Counted from the first letter of the stretch, positions 38,437 to 47,999 are shown. The stretch: DNA of 64,000 nt from an uncultured archaeon (GCA_964486045.1 CAZALK010000005.1:128001-192000); one strand, 5' to 3'. Numbers and translations: made by a program. The notes: a model not told the origin generated them from the sequence alone.

Positions 38437-38874
38437 CTAAAAAAAATCATGGATAAATTTTTCGATAATATATCTTGGATCTCTCCACCTTCTAATGTTT
38501 GCATTAGATGTTATAACTATAATTAAATCTAATTCTGGAATACAATTTAGATACTGCCCACCATATCCTGCAGCCATGAAACCATTGAAATCCTTATATC
38601 TTGTAATCCATACATGATATCCATATCCTTCACAATGATTTTGTAAAGATTCTATAATCCATTCTCTAGGAATTACTTGCTCATTGTTCCAAATTCCCTG
38701 ATTAAGATATAGATATCCAAATCTTGCTAAATCTCTTGGGCTTAACTTTAATCCATAACCACCAATATTGATGCCTTGAGGATCTTTCATCCATTTTATC
38801 TGATTTGATATCCCAATAGGTTTAAAAAGATACTTCTTAGCAAAATCTTGAGTACTTGTATTAATTATATTCAT
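38437..38874 (-). pseudogene. C-terminal fragment of an AmpC/beta-lactamase-like serine hydrolase
   Basis: LFKPIGI, GGYGLKLSPRDLARFGYLYL, YGYHVW, AAGYGGQ and PELDLIIV are present. The catalytic SxxK and YxN region is missing. Confidence 0.75.
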
Positions 38875-39099
38875 TTTTCCTCAATTAGTATGTAAAATTT
38901 CTTACTAAAAATTAATATTGGGATTTACAAATAATAAGCAAAAAATGTCCATTGGATTATTGATTTTCAAGTGAAGATTCCCTCTAGTTGGTAATTTTAT
39001 TTATATAGTTTAATTGACATTATTCTCATATAGTTATTTAACAAGAAGAATCAAGATCAAACGTAATATTTATGCATTTAAGTAAGTGGTGGGTGTTAA

Positions 39100-39519
39100 A
39101 TGGGATTTGATGATGAAATTGATGAAGATTTAGAATTTGACGAGGATTTGGAAGAAGATTTAGATGACAAGTCAAATGAATCCTTACCGAACATTCCAAC
39201 TAATGAGATTAATTCTAAAACTCCTGCTAGGAGAGGAATTCCAGAGGGAAAAAAGATTTCAGTATATTTTATGTCCACAATTGGTCCTGGAGAGAAAAAA
39301 CAAAAATTACTTGTTAATACGGGAAATTTTGTTGGAGAAATTAAAGAAACTGTAGCTAATCTATTTGCTCTAGATCCAGCAGATTTTTATTTGAGTTCTG
39401 GGGGGATTACAATGGATGATGATTCAGTCCTTTTTGATTATAATGTGGCTGATGGAGATGATGTACTACTCATTCCAGCTAGTATTGCTGGTAAAGTCTT
39501 TCAAATATTTTTAAAATAG
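39100..39519 (+). CDS. Ubiquitin-like protein paralogue 1 (acidic N-tail, ...IPASIAG plus 8-aa extension)
   Basis: Beta-grasp pattern VYFMSTIGPGEKK...LSSGG.TM.DD..L.DYNVADGDDVLLIPAS. Clear paralogue of 44904..45239. Confidence 0.85.
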   Translation: MGFDDEIDEDLEFDEDLEEDLDDKSNESLPNIPTNEINSKTPARRGIPEGKKISVYFMSTIGPGEKKQKLLVNTGNFVGEIKETVANLFALDPADFYLSSGGITMDDDSVLFDYNVADGDDVLLIPASIAGKVFQIFLK

Positions 39520-39528
39520 ACGCCTCTT

Positions 39529-40323
39529 TCAGTTTTTTTCTTTTCTAGAAGGAATTAGAGCAATTTCATCATCATCTTCAATATCGTAATCTTTTATTTG
39601 GGAGTTCTCTTTTAGTAATATACCTCCAGAAGACAAAACAAAATCTTGTTGGCTGTAATCAAACAATACCCCGACTTTTTTCTTCACTAAGCTGATTAAT
39701 TCTGTTGTATCGAGAATGATTAACTTAGTTATCTCGCCGGGTTCAACTAAAGATCTTATGTAAACGCGTATCTGGTCCTTTAGATTAATCGTTGTGTTCA
39801 GAGGTATATAGGATATCTCCTCATCAATTTTATCTCTGTTCTTAAGCATGTTTTCGATTAATTTTTTTCGCTCATTATCATCAAAATAGAGCATTTCTCT
39901 AATAAATAGTATTTTGTCTAGCTTTGACAAGACAAGTAAGTTTATTTTTCCTAATTCTTCCTCACTAAAAACTGAAAAAATATATTTATTAATTATTGGT
40001 ATATCCTCATAAGATTCATTTGAATCAAGATATTCTTCTATTGAAGGCAAAGCCTCAAGATATTCATCAATAATATTCTCTTCTATATCATGAATAGACT
40101 TGGGTTTTGGTGAATATTTCTTATCTCTTATTTTATCATGTGGATAACCTGCAGATTGGATAACAGTGTAGATTGTACTAGTAGAGAGAACTGCAACACT
40201 CCCGATTGTTAGAATAAGAAATAACGGGGTATTATTTATACCAAATAGGAAATAACTTATGTAAATTAAAATAAAAACAGCGTAAAGAATAATAACGCTT
40301 AATATTCTATATTTTTTCCTCAT
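39529..40323 (-). CDS. Membrane-anchored protein with C-terminal ubiquitin-like domain lacking terminal Gly
   Basis: Two N-terminal TMs. C-terminal VYIRSLVEPGE...FVLSSGGILL...IKDYDIEDDDEIALIPSRKEKN is homologous to the two soluble Ubls. Confidence 0.8.
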   Translation of the reverse strand: MRKKYRILSVIILYAVFILIYISYFLFGINNTPLFLILTIGSVAVLSTSTIYTVIQSAGYPHDKIRDKKYSPKPKSIHDIEENIIDEYLEALPSIEEYLDSNESYEDIPIINKYIFSVFSEEELGKINLLVLSKLDKILFIREMLYFDDNERKKLIENMLKNRDKIDEEISYIPLNTTINLKDQIRVYIRSLVEPGEITKLIILDTTELISLVKKKVGVLFDYSQQDFVLSSGGILLKENSQIKDYDIEDDDEIALIPSRKEKN

Positions 40324-40407
40324 AGTTTTTTAATAAATCTGCTTCTAATTTTTAAATATTTGAATTAATTTTTAAATGAGATTGGCATGATAATGGAGTT
40401 TTAATAA

Positions 40408-41076
40408 TCAATCACCTAGTATTAACTTTCTAACCTTATTATACTTCTTAACATCTAATTTGAATAAAATTCTTTTTTTTTCTTTTTCAGTTTCTACTAA
40501 TTTCAGATTTTCTAGAATATTAAGGTATTTTTTAATAGTAGTATGATTCTTTTTAGTTCTATTAGCTATTTCAGTAATTCTTAAGGGTTTATCTTCTTTA
40601 ATCATAAATTTTATTATTTTTAGGACGATGTCCTTTTTCAAATAGTGATAGAACTTATCAAGTTTTGGATTGGAATCGAATTTAAAGAAAATCCTATGGT
40701 TATTGAGTTTTTTTGACCTGATGAATTCAAATTTTTCTAAACAAGAAAGGTGCCATAATGCTTGATTGCTTCCAATCTTTAGAGCTCTCATAATTTCATT
40801 AATGTTTGATGGGGTATTTTTAATGAAATTATAGATCTCATTCCTCGTAGGATTTTCAATGATATTATTTTTCATTAATTTAGTTCCAGGAATGATAATT
40901 CTTTTTTTTATGAGTTTCTTAATAATTTGTTCTATTTTGTTGCGGTTTAAGTCCGAAGTTTTTGCTCTATAAGCTACAAAATCGATTATATCGATAATCG
41001 AAAAGAATGTTTTTTTTGTCAAATATTCTTTTACTAATCCAAGAACAACAGAATCTAATTTCTCCAGGGAACTCAT
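40408..41076 (-). CDS. Tandem winged-helix transcriptional regulator
   Basis: NPTRNEIYNFI...WHLSCLEKF and ITEIA...HTTIKKYLNILE. Confidence 0.82.
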   Translation of the reverse strand: MSSLEKLDSVVLGLVKEYLTKKTFFSIIDIIDFVAYRAKTSDLNRNKIEQIIKKLIKKRIIIPGTKLMKNNIIENPTRNEIYNFIKNTPSNINEIMRALKIGSNQALWHLSCLEKFEFIRSKKLNNHRIFFKFDSNPKLDKFYHYLKKDIVLKIIKFMIKEDKPLRITEIANRTKKNHTTIKKYLNILENLKLVETEKEKKRILFKLDVKKYNKVRKLILGD

Positions 41077-41328
41077 AAGCCATATATTACTTTATGTTTT
41101 CATTTCATTGTCTTTATCTTGGAAAACTCTCTCTACAGCAATAAAATTAATATATATTAATAATTAATCCTCCAATTTATAATATCATTTCTTTTGCTCC
41201 TTACCATCTTCTTCTACATTGTTATACCAAATCTTATTTTTAAGAAATGTGTTACGTCTTATATTGAGAAATAGTAAAGGATAAGTTTAAGAAAACATTT
41301 ATAATTTTGAAGGAGGAATGCATCATTT

Positions 41329-43671
41329 TTGGTGTTTATAGAAGATCACTTAGATAAAAAGAAATTTGATCCAAAATTTCAAGCAAAACTTAAGCCAATC
41401 TTTCATAAGACAGTGGAGTTTTATATCTCAGTAGAATTACCTAAAGATGAGTCGAATAGATGGCCTATTAAGTTTTATTTAAAATTCCAAAATGATAATT
41501 TTTTTATTCCTCTGTCTGATCTGTGGATTTATGATGGCCTATTTAATGAGAAGTTTGTTAGTATTCTATTAGACAAAAAAGAGTTTCTAAATTTGCTCTT
41601 GGAGTCAATGAGAATAGCAATTAAAATTTTTCCTTCCTTACATCGCACTCTAAAGGATAATTACCCTCAAAATATTGAGATGAATTCTTCCGAAGTTTCT
41701 GAATTTCTTACTTATCCAATAGAGTTACTCAAAGATATTGGGTTTAAAGTTCAATATCCTGCCAAATTAAGATTAGCGCAGAAGAGGGGTTTATCTGCTA
41801 AATTACTGATCGGGTCCAAATCAAATAAAAGTAAATCTGATTTTAGTTTGGGATCTTTATTAGATTTCAGATGGGAATTTCTTCTTTTCGGAAAACCCGT
41901 ACGATTAGAGGAATTGAAAAGATTATTGAAATTGGATGATCCATTAATAAAATGGAGAGATAATAAGTGGATTTTCATTAACAAGGAAGATCTAGACTTT
42001 TTAAAGTGGATTTATAAAAATAATGGATTTTCTGGGAAGATTAAGGTAGCAGATATATTAAAATTTGAGTTAAGGGATAAATACACAAATTTACATCTGA
42101 GAAGAGATTATAAAATAAAATTTTTAGGAAATCTTCGGACAAAAATCAAACACATCAAGAAAAAGTTAGATTTTAAATTAATAGAGCAACCAAAAGATTT
42201 TGTGGGTGAACTAAGAGAATACCAGCAAATAGGATTTTCTTGGTTAGCGATGCTCTGTGATATTGGATTAGGAGTATGCTTAGGAGATGATATGGGGCTC
42301 GGTAAAACCATACAGACTCTAGCTTATCTCTCTTACAGACGAGAAAATTATTCTAATGAAAAAGGGAGCATTTTAATTGTGTGTCCTACATCATTATTAA
42401 CTAACTGGGAACATGAGATAAAGAAATTTTCCCCGAAATTCAAGGTTCTGAAATACTATGGATCGAGAAGAGGAAATCTCCGAGATAAAAGAGATACCTT
42501 TCTAATAGCTCACCAAATAATTTTAACTTCCTACGGAGTTGTAAGAAACGACATAGATTTCTTAAAAGATATAGAATTTAATGGAATTATAATTGATGAG
42601 TCTACAAATATTAAAAATTATAATTCTAAAAGAGCTAAATCCATTTACTTATTGAAGGGGGGTTTTAAAATCGCATTAAGTGGTACACCCATAGAGAATC
42701 ATCTCGAGGAATTATGGTCACTTTTTAATTTTCTAAATCCTGGATTACTAGCTTCTTTGAATGAGTTCAGGAAAACATTTGTAAATCCAATTCAAAATTA
42801 TCGAAATGCTGAAAAGATCAAGAAACTAAAAATTATTATAGATCCCTTTATCTTGAGACGATTAAAGACAGATAAAAAAGTAATTAAAGATTTACCGGAA
42901 AAAAATGAAATTATGATATATATCAATCTGTCTGACTCGCAAATAAGTCTATACAAAAAAATAGTAGATGAAATTCTTAAAGATATAAGAGAAAATTATA
43001 ATAGTGCAAGAAAACGAAATGGGCTTGTTCTTAAGCTTATAACTAAGTTAAAACAGCTATGTAATCACCCATTACAATATCTTAAAATTGAACCATCTAA
43101 ATACAATTTTAATGAAAACCTCAATGATTTTCTTGTTCAATCTCCTAAAATTGCAAGGATTTTTGATATTATAGAGAATATTCTTGAGAATGACCAAAAA
43201 GTTCTTATATTTTCACAATATAAAACGTTAGGTGATATCTTATTAATGGCTTTAACCACTAAATTTGGGAAAATAGTATCATTTTATCATGGTAGCTTGA
43301 ATCCCAAACAAAGAGATATGATTGTAAAGGATTTTCAATCAAGGAAAGAGGGAAATTCAAAAATTTTGATTGCTTCCATCAAAGCTGGTGGTTTTGGTTT
43401 AAATTTAACCCAAGGAACTACTGTTATACATGTAGATCGGTGGTGGAATCCTAGCACGGAGTCACAAGCCACTGATAGAGCTTATCGAATTGGTCAAGAT
43501 AAGAATGTAAATGTTTTTAAATTTATTGCTATTGGAACAATAGAAGAAAAGATTGATGCCCTGCTGGAAGAAAAAAGAAAGTTATCAAGGCAGATTATAA
43601 CTCCTACGTCTTCAATTATTTCAAAATTACCTATAGAAGAGATCGAAGACCTATTTTCCTTAATACACTGA
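41329..43671 (+). CDS. SNF2/Rad54-like DNA translocase (SSO1653 type)
   Basis: LREYQQIG, CLGDDMGLGKT, CPTSLLTNW, IIDES, LSGTPIEN, LRRLK, AGGFGLNL, WWNP, QATDRAYRIGQ. Confidence 0.93.
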   Translation: MVFIEDHLDKKKFDPKFQAKLKPIFHKTVEFYISVELPKDESNRWPIKFYLKFQNDNFFIPLSDLWIYDGLFNEKFVSILLDKKEFLNLLLESMRIAIKIFPSLHRTLKDNYPQNIEMNSSEVSEFLTYPIELLKDIGFKVQYPAKLRLAQKRGLSAKLLIGSKSNKSKSDFSLGSLLDFRWEFLLFGKPVRLEELKRLLKLDDPLIKWRDNKWIFINKEDLDFLKWIYKNNGFSGKIKVADILKFELRDKYTNLHLRRDYKIKFLGNLRTKIKHIKKKLDFKLIEQPKDFVGELREYQQIGFSWLAMLCDIGLGVCLGDDMGLGKTIQTLAYLSYRRENYSNEKGSILIVCPTSLLTNWEHEIKKFSPKFKVLKYYGSRRGNLRDKRDTFLIAHQIILTSYGVVRNDIDFLKDIEFNGIIIDESTNIKNYNSKRAKSIYLLKGGFKIALSGTPIENHLEELWSLFNFLNPGLLASLNEFRKTFVNPIQNYRNAEKIKKLKIIIDPFILRRLKTDKKVIKDLPEKNEIMIYINLSDSQISLYKKIVDEILKDIRENYNSARKRNGLVLKLITKLKQLCNHPLQYLKIEPSKYNFNENLNDFLVQSPKIARIFDIIENILENDQKVLIFSQYKTLGDILLMALTTKFGKIVSFYHGSLNPKQRDMIVKDFQSRKEGNSKILIASIKAGGFGLNLTQGTTVIHVDRWWNPSTESQATDRAYRIGQDKNVNVFKFIAIGTIEEKIDALLEEKRKLSRQIITPTSSIISKLPIEEIEDLFSLIH

Positions 43672-43685
43672 TAAGTAGAATAATG

Positions 43686-44600
43686 TTAACTACTAGAAGG
43701 AGTCATATTTTCTGTTGTTTTAAGAGGAAAGTCTGGATTTAATTTCATTATATGTGCTATGTGAAAAACACCCCATGAACCACATAAATCGCAATCGACA
43801 TCATTCCCATAACAACAAAAAGGAATTTCAAACCCATTATCCCCTAAATAGATAGGGAGCATGATGTTCTTCAATGGGCAATTATTGGTTATTTGAAGTG
43901 CGGTTTGGGATAATAAAAGATTAAGTACTTTGCTATTATTAAGAACAAAGCGTGGGTATTTCTTTTTTAATTTAATTATTTCTTTAACTGCCGAATCCCT
44001 CTCTTTTAGTGATTTCCAGCCAAATTCAGATTTATCTTTTTTTTTTGGAACATAAAAAGTAAAGGTAATACCTCTTATTGGAGTTTCTTTGCGCAAGACG
44101 TTTATTAATTTTTCATAATTACCTTTCCCTATTTTAGAAACAGCACAATTACATTGAAGATCTCCTTTAAAATCGTCTGGTAAATTATCTAAATTACTTA
44201 TTACTCTGTTGAATACACCTGTTCCTCTTATATCATCATTAAGTTCTTCAGGACCATCTATTGAGATCGTCCATTTTGTGCTAGATCCTAAATTAATTAG
44301 TGGTAATGTTCCATTAGTGGCAATGACGTTTTGAGGAAACAATTTAACACCCTCCTTTAAAATATCTTTTCGGAGAAGAGGTTCTCCTCCCATCCAGAGC
44401 ATTCTGATTATTCCATAAATTCTTTGATAGTTTTTAATTTCTTCAATCATAACGTTTGTTGCCATTTCATTTTTCTCAGTGGGTGTATTAGGATTGCCTT
44501 CCCGAAAAACGAAACAATGCTTGCATTTTAAATTACATCTATTTGTAATATTCACCAAAGCTAATGGGAATCTTGGTGTTATATCTTTCATTGTATACAA
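43686..44600 (-). CDS. Radical SAM protein with Cys-rich C-terminal domain
   Basis: CNLKCKHC, GGEPLL, TNGT, SIDG, FCCYG..VDCDLCG. Confidence 0.88.
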   Translation of the reverse strand: MYTMKDITPRFPLALVNITNRCNLKCKHCFVFREGNPNTPTEKNEMATNVMIEEIKNYQRIYGIIRMLWMGGEPLLRKDILKEGVKLFPQNVIATNGTLPLINLGSSTKWTISIDGPEELNDDIRGTGVFNRVISNLDNLPDDFKGDLQCNCAVSKIGKGNYEKLINVLRKETPIRGITFTFYVPKKKDKSEFGWKSLKERDSAVKEIIKLKKKYPRFVLNNSKVLNLLLSQTALQITNNCPLKNIMLPIYLGDNGFEIPFCCYGNDVDCDLCGSWGVFHIAHIMKLNPDFPLKTTENMTPSSS

Positions 44601-44903
44601 TTAATTAGATATTGAAATTATTAAAGATTTTACTTGACTGTTAACATTATTTATATTTAAAAAGAAAGAAAAGGATAAACAGAATGTCAATTTGGATACA
44701 AGGCACAAGAAAGTAATAATCAAGATCCTCAAAACTGAATTTTAATTTTCACCCTTTTATTCCTCTTTATTCTGGTATAAAAAGAGATTTTATCTTTCTA
44801 TATTTACTGCAATTTTATGCCAACGAAATTTATTAATAAAAATTTATCCGATTTTATTAAGAAGTAAAAAAAAATTAAAATAAAAAAATCGAAAGTGATA
44901 TGA

Positions 44904-45239
44904 ATGAGTTTTGAAGAAGAATTTGATGAGGATTTAGAATTAGAAGAGGTTCCAATGAAATCTAAGACACCTGCTTCGAAAAATCCTTCAGGAAGGAAGA
45001 AAACTGTATATTTTATTTCTACCATAGGACCCGGTGAAAAGAAAGAAAAATTAACTGTGAACGATGGTAACCGCGTTGAAGACATTAAACATACATTAGG
45101 AAATCTATATGGTCTTGATCCTGATGATTTTCACCTTAGTTCTGGTGGGAGAACGCTGAACGAGTCTGACAAATTATCGGACTATGATGTAAACGATGGG
45201 GATGATATTCTTATGATCCCTGCGAGTACAGCTGGGTAA
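44904..45239 (+). CDS. Ubiquitin-like modifier (paralogue 2), ends in single Gly (PASTAG*)
   Basis: LSSGGRTLNESDKLSDYDVNDGDDILMIP resembles ubiquitin LIFAGKQLEDGRTLSDYNI. First gene of the E1-E2-JAMM-RING run. Confidence 0.88.
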   Translation: MSFEEEFDEDLELEEVPMKSKTPASKNPSGRKKTVYFISTIGPGEKKEKLTVNDGNRVEDIKHTLGNLYGLDPDDFHLSSGGRTLNESDKLSDYDVNDGDDILMIPASTAG

Positions 45240-45270
45240 ACTTATATAATTTTCTTCATATTTTAATATG

Positions 45271-45306
45271 TGAGGGCATTAAGCCCTTCAATTTTTTTAT
45301 TTTTTT
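45271..45306 (+). terminator. GC hairpin plus T-tract between the Ubl and E1 genes
   Basis: tgagggc-attaa-gcccttca followed by atttttttatttttt. Confidence 0.55.
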
Positions 45307-45320
45307 AAAAACTATTAATC

Positions 45321-46553
45321 GTGATAATAATGGATAAGGATTCAGACTTTTTTGCTACTGGTTTATCAGTGGAAGAGAAAGATTTATACAATCGTCAATT
45401 CCGTCTTGAGGGTTGGTCTCAGAAATTGGTAAAAAATTCAAGAGTATTAATAGCTGGTGTAGGAGGTTTAGGGTGTGAAATTGCTAAAAATTTAGCCATG
45501 CTTGGTATCGGTCATTTAGATCTTGTTGATTTAGATATTATTGAGCATTCAAATTTGAATCGCCAAATTTTATTTGCAGGAGCGAAAATGGGGGAGCCAA
45601 AAGCGATTGTTGCAGCTAGAAAATTAGCAGAAATTAATCCTAATATTACTATTAAGGGATACCACACTTCTTTAGAGCGATTAGATCCGGCATTGTATCT
45701 CTCTGCCGATATTGTTATCGGTGGTCTTGATTCGATGAATGCACGTTTAAACCTAAATGCTCAATGTGTAAGATTTAGAAAGCCTTTGATAGATGGAGGG
45801 GTTTCTGGTTATCATGGTCATTTATATACAATTTTTCCTTATCAAAATGCTTGTTACGAATGCTACCCAATTCCTGAAAGGGAAACTGATAATATGGCTG
45901 CTTGTACGGTTGTTGGAGTGCCCAGAAAAAGGATTCACTGTGTGTTTAAGGGGCATCTAGCATTTTCTGAGAAGTTTGATAAAGATCCGAATCCAAAGAA
46001 TATAAATGATATTAAGTTTATTCAAAAGTTTGCGAATGAATTAGTAAATAAACATAATTTCTTACCAGAATATTCAAAAGATGATATTGTAAAAATAATA
46101 GATAGACACGATCCAGGAATAATAACAATTAATGCTGTAATTTCTGCATTACAGTCTCATGAAGCTATAAAAATTCTTCATTGGAACAATGGTCATAAAG
46201 GAATGGGTAAACCCATTAAAAGTTACTTGATTTTTAATGCAATTACAATGAAATTTTATCATATAGAAAAACAAAAAAACAAAAATTGTTCTCAATGCGG
46301 AAAAAAGGTTCGAAGAGTTTCGATCAAATTAAAATCTCGTTCACCATGCATAAATATTATTAATGTGCTAAAGAGAAATGGATTTAAATTAGATCCTGAT
46401 TTAGAGCCTGTTATAACGTTATTAGATTTTAATGATATACAGATGGTAGATTTAGATCAGAATCCAATCGAAAATGGATTAAGAAATTATGAATTAATGA
46501 CTGTAGCTGGCTTTAAAGAAGGGGAAATTTTTGTAACCTTAAAACTGACATGA
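45321..46553 (+). CDS. Ubiquitin-like activating enzyme E1 (UBA3/UBA2-like, single chain)
   Basis: YNRQ, GVGGLG, DLDIIEHSNLNRQILF, ACYEC, catalytic-Cys region AACTVVGVPRKRIHC, PGIITINAVI, CSQC, C-terminal extension. Confidence 0.92.
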   Translation: MIIMDKDSDFFATGLSVEEKDLYNRQFRLEGWSQKLVKNSRVLIAGVGGLGCEIAKNLAMLGIGHLDLVDLDIIEHSNLNRQILFAGAKMGEPKAIVAARKLAEINPNITIKGYHTSLERLDPALYLSADIVIGGLDSMNARLNLNAQCVRFRKPLIDGGVSGYHGHLYTIFPYQNACYECYPIPERETDNMAACTVVGVPRKRIHCVFKGHLAFSEKFDKDPNPKNINDIKFIQKFANELVNKHNFLPEYSKDDIVKIIDRHDPGIITINAVISALQSHEAIKILHWNNGHKGMGKPIKSYLIFNAITMKFYHIEKQKNKNCSQCGKKVRRVSIKLKSRSPCINIINVLKRNGFKLDPDLEPVITLLDFNDIQMVDLDQNPIENGLRNYELMTVAGFKEGEIFVTLKLT

Positions 46554-46651
46554 ATTTTTAATCAAAAATTATTTTAAAAAACAAGGAAACAAAATTTAAT
46601 AAAATAAAATTTTTAATATAAAAATAGGAAAAATAAAAGGGGGATAAAATT

Positions 46652-47179
46652 ATGAGTATAAGAAGTAGTCGTATTTCACAAGATTTTGCGGGATTAAAAA
46701 AAATGTATAAAAATGGTGTTATTGTTCAATTAAAACCGTTTAATCCTAAAAAGAAAAGTATCGATCATTTGGCTATTACTATAAAGGGTCCTAAGGGTAC
46801 CGCATATGCAGGAGGAATTTATCGTTTAGAAATGAGATTTCCTTCTCAATATCCTAGACAACCACCATTTGTAAGAATGCACACTCCAATCTGGCATCCA
46901 AATTTTTGGCCAAAACCGAGTGAGTATAAAGGACAGAGAAATATTTGTTTAGAATTAGTCGATCCCTCCCTAATTGGAAGGAAGGGGGGATGGAGTCCAT
47001 CAAAAACAGCAGTAACAGTTGTTCAAGCAATAATTGCAATGTTAAACACCAGAGGGAAATATATCAATCCAACGGATGTGTTTAATAAAAAAGCAGCTAT
47101 AGAATTGATGAAAAGCCGAAAATTCTACGAGAAAAAGGTGAGAAATCTGTCTAAAAAATATGCAAATAAAAAATGGTGA
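46652..47179 (+). CDS. Ubiquitin-conjugating enzyme E2
   Basis: GPKGTAYAGG, FPSQYPRQPP, IWHPN, ICL (catalytic Cys), WSP. Confidence 0.93.
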   Translation: MSIRSSRISQDFAGLKKMYKNGVIVQLKPFNPKKKSIDHLAITIKGPKGTAYAGGIYRLEMRFPSQYPRQPPFVRMHTPIWHPNFWPKPSEYKGQRNICLELVDPSLIGRKGGWSPSKTAVTVVQAIIAMLNTRGKYINPTDVFNKKAAIELMKSRKFYEKKVRNLSKKYANKKW

Positions 47180-47186
47180 GATCTAT

Positions 47187-47999
47187 ATGCAAGATGAAAA
47201 TTTATCCAACAATTCAATCCGAGAAGTAATAAAAAGAAAGATTAAAGAAAAAATAAAAGAGGAGCTATTAGAGGAGATTAGAGAAGAACTTAAATTAGAG
47301 GAAGAAGAATTAACTGAAGAAATTTCATCAATGATTACTAAAAAGAGCACTGCTAAACCAATTGTAAAACTTTCAAAAATACCTACGACTAAAATCACAG
47401 AGAAAAAAAATACTGGGACTTCATTGGAGGATGAAATTCAAAAAGAAATTTATATATCAGTAAAACCTATCCTTAAAGTAGCTAGTCATGCGCTAAAATA
47501 TGCTAATTCAAAGATTCCAAGAGAGAATTGGGTGGAAGTTATAGGACTTCTTGCAGGAAAAATAGGTAAAAAGGATATACTATACATTGAAGATGCTTAC
47601 CCGATGGGTCATGGAACAGCAGTATATGCTGAAATTAAGAATTATAAGAATTATGTAAGAGCTTTTGAGGATATTAAGAAGCAAGGACTATTCATTTGTG
47701 GATGGTATCACTCTCATCCATCCTACAATTGTTTTATGTCGAATGAAGACTTAGGAACACAGGCAAGGTATCAGAAACTCTGGGATAAGTCTGTCGCTCT
47801 TGTTATTGATCCTTATCAGATTAATGGCAAATCTACGGGATTTGAGATATATAGGGCAGATATTAAAAATAACACATGGTACCCTTTAGTATATGGGATT
47901 AAAGGATCATTAGATGTGCGTATGTTACCTGAAATATTGAAGTTTATGAATCCTATAATTGAAGGAAAGCCAGTATATCTTGAATATGATGAAGATTAA
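47187..47999 (+). CDS. JAMM/MPN+ isopeptidase (Rpn11/CSN5-like) with charged N-terminal extension
   Basis: EVIGLLAG, GWYHSHPSYNCFMSNED, VALVIDP. The ATG at 47187 follows a GGTGAG SD (the ORF track starts at 47160). Confidence 0.92.
   Translation: MQDENLSNNSIREVIKRKIKEKIKEELLEEIREELKLEEEELTEEISSMITKKSTAKPIVKLSKIPTTKITEKKNTGTSLEDEIQKEIYISVKPILKVASHALKYANSKIPRENWVEVIGLLAGKIGKKDILYIEDAYPMGHGTAVYAEIKNYKNYVRAFEDIKKQGLFICGWYHSHPSYNCFMSNEDLGTQARYQKLWDKSVALVIDPYQINGKSTGFEIYRADIKNNTWYPLVYGIKGSLDVRMLPEILKFMNPIIEGKPVYLEYDED

Noticed and set aside
41077-41270. Possible decayed coding remnant upstream of the wHTH regulator
   Set aside because: Only short stop-interrupted frames, with no motif I can assign with confidence.
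39100-45239. SAMP/MoaD/ThiS sulfur carriers with a MoeB-type enzyme
   Set aside because: There is no GG terminus and the core is ubiquitin-like. The adjacent E2, RING and an E1 with a UBA3-like catalytic Cys indicate conjugation rather than sulfur transfer.
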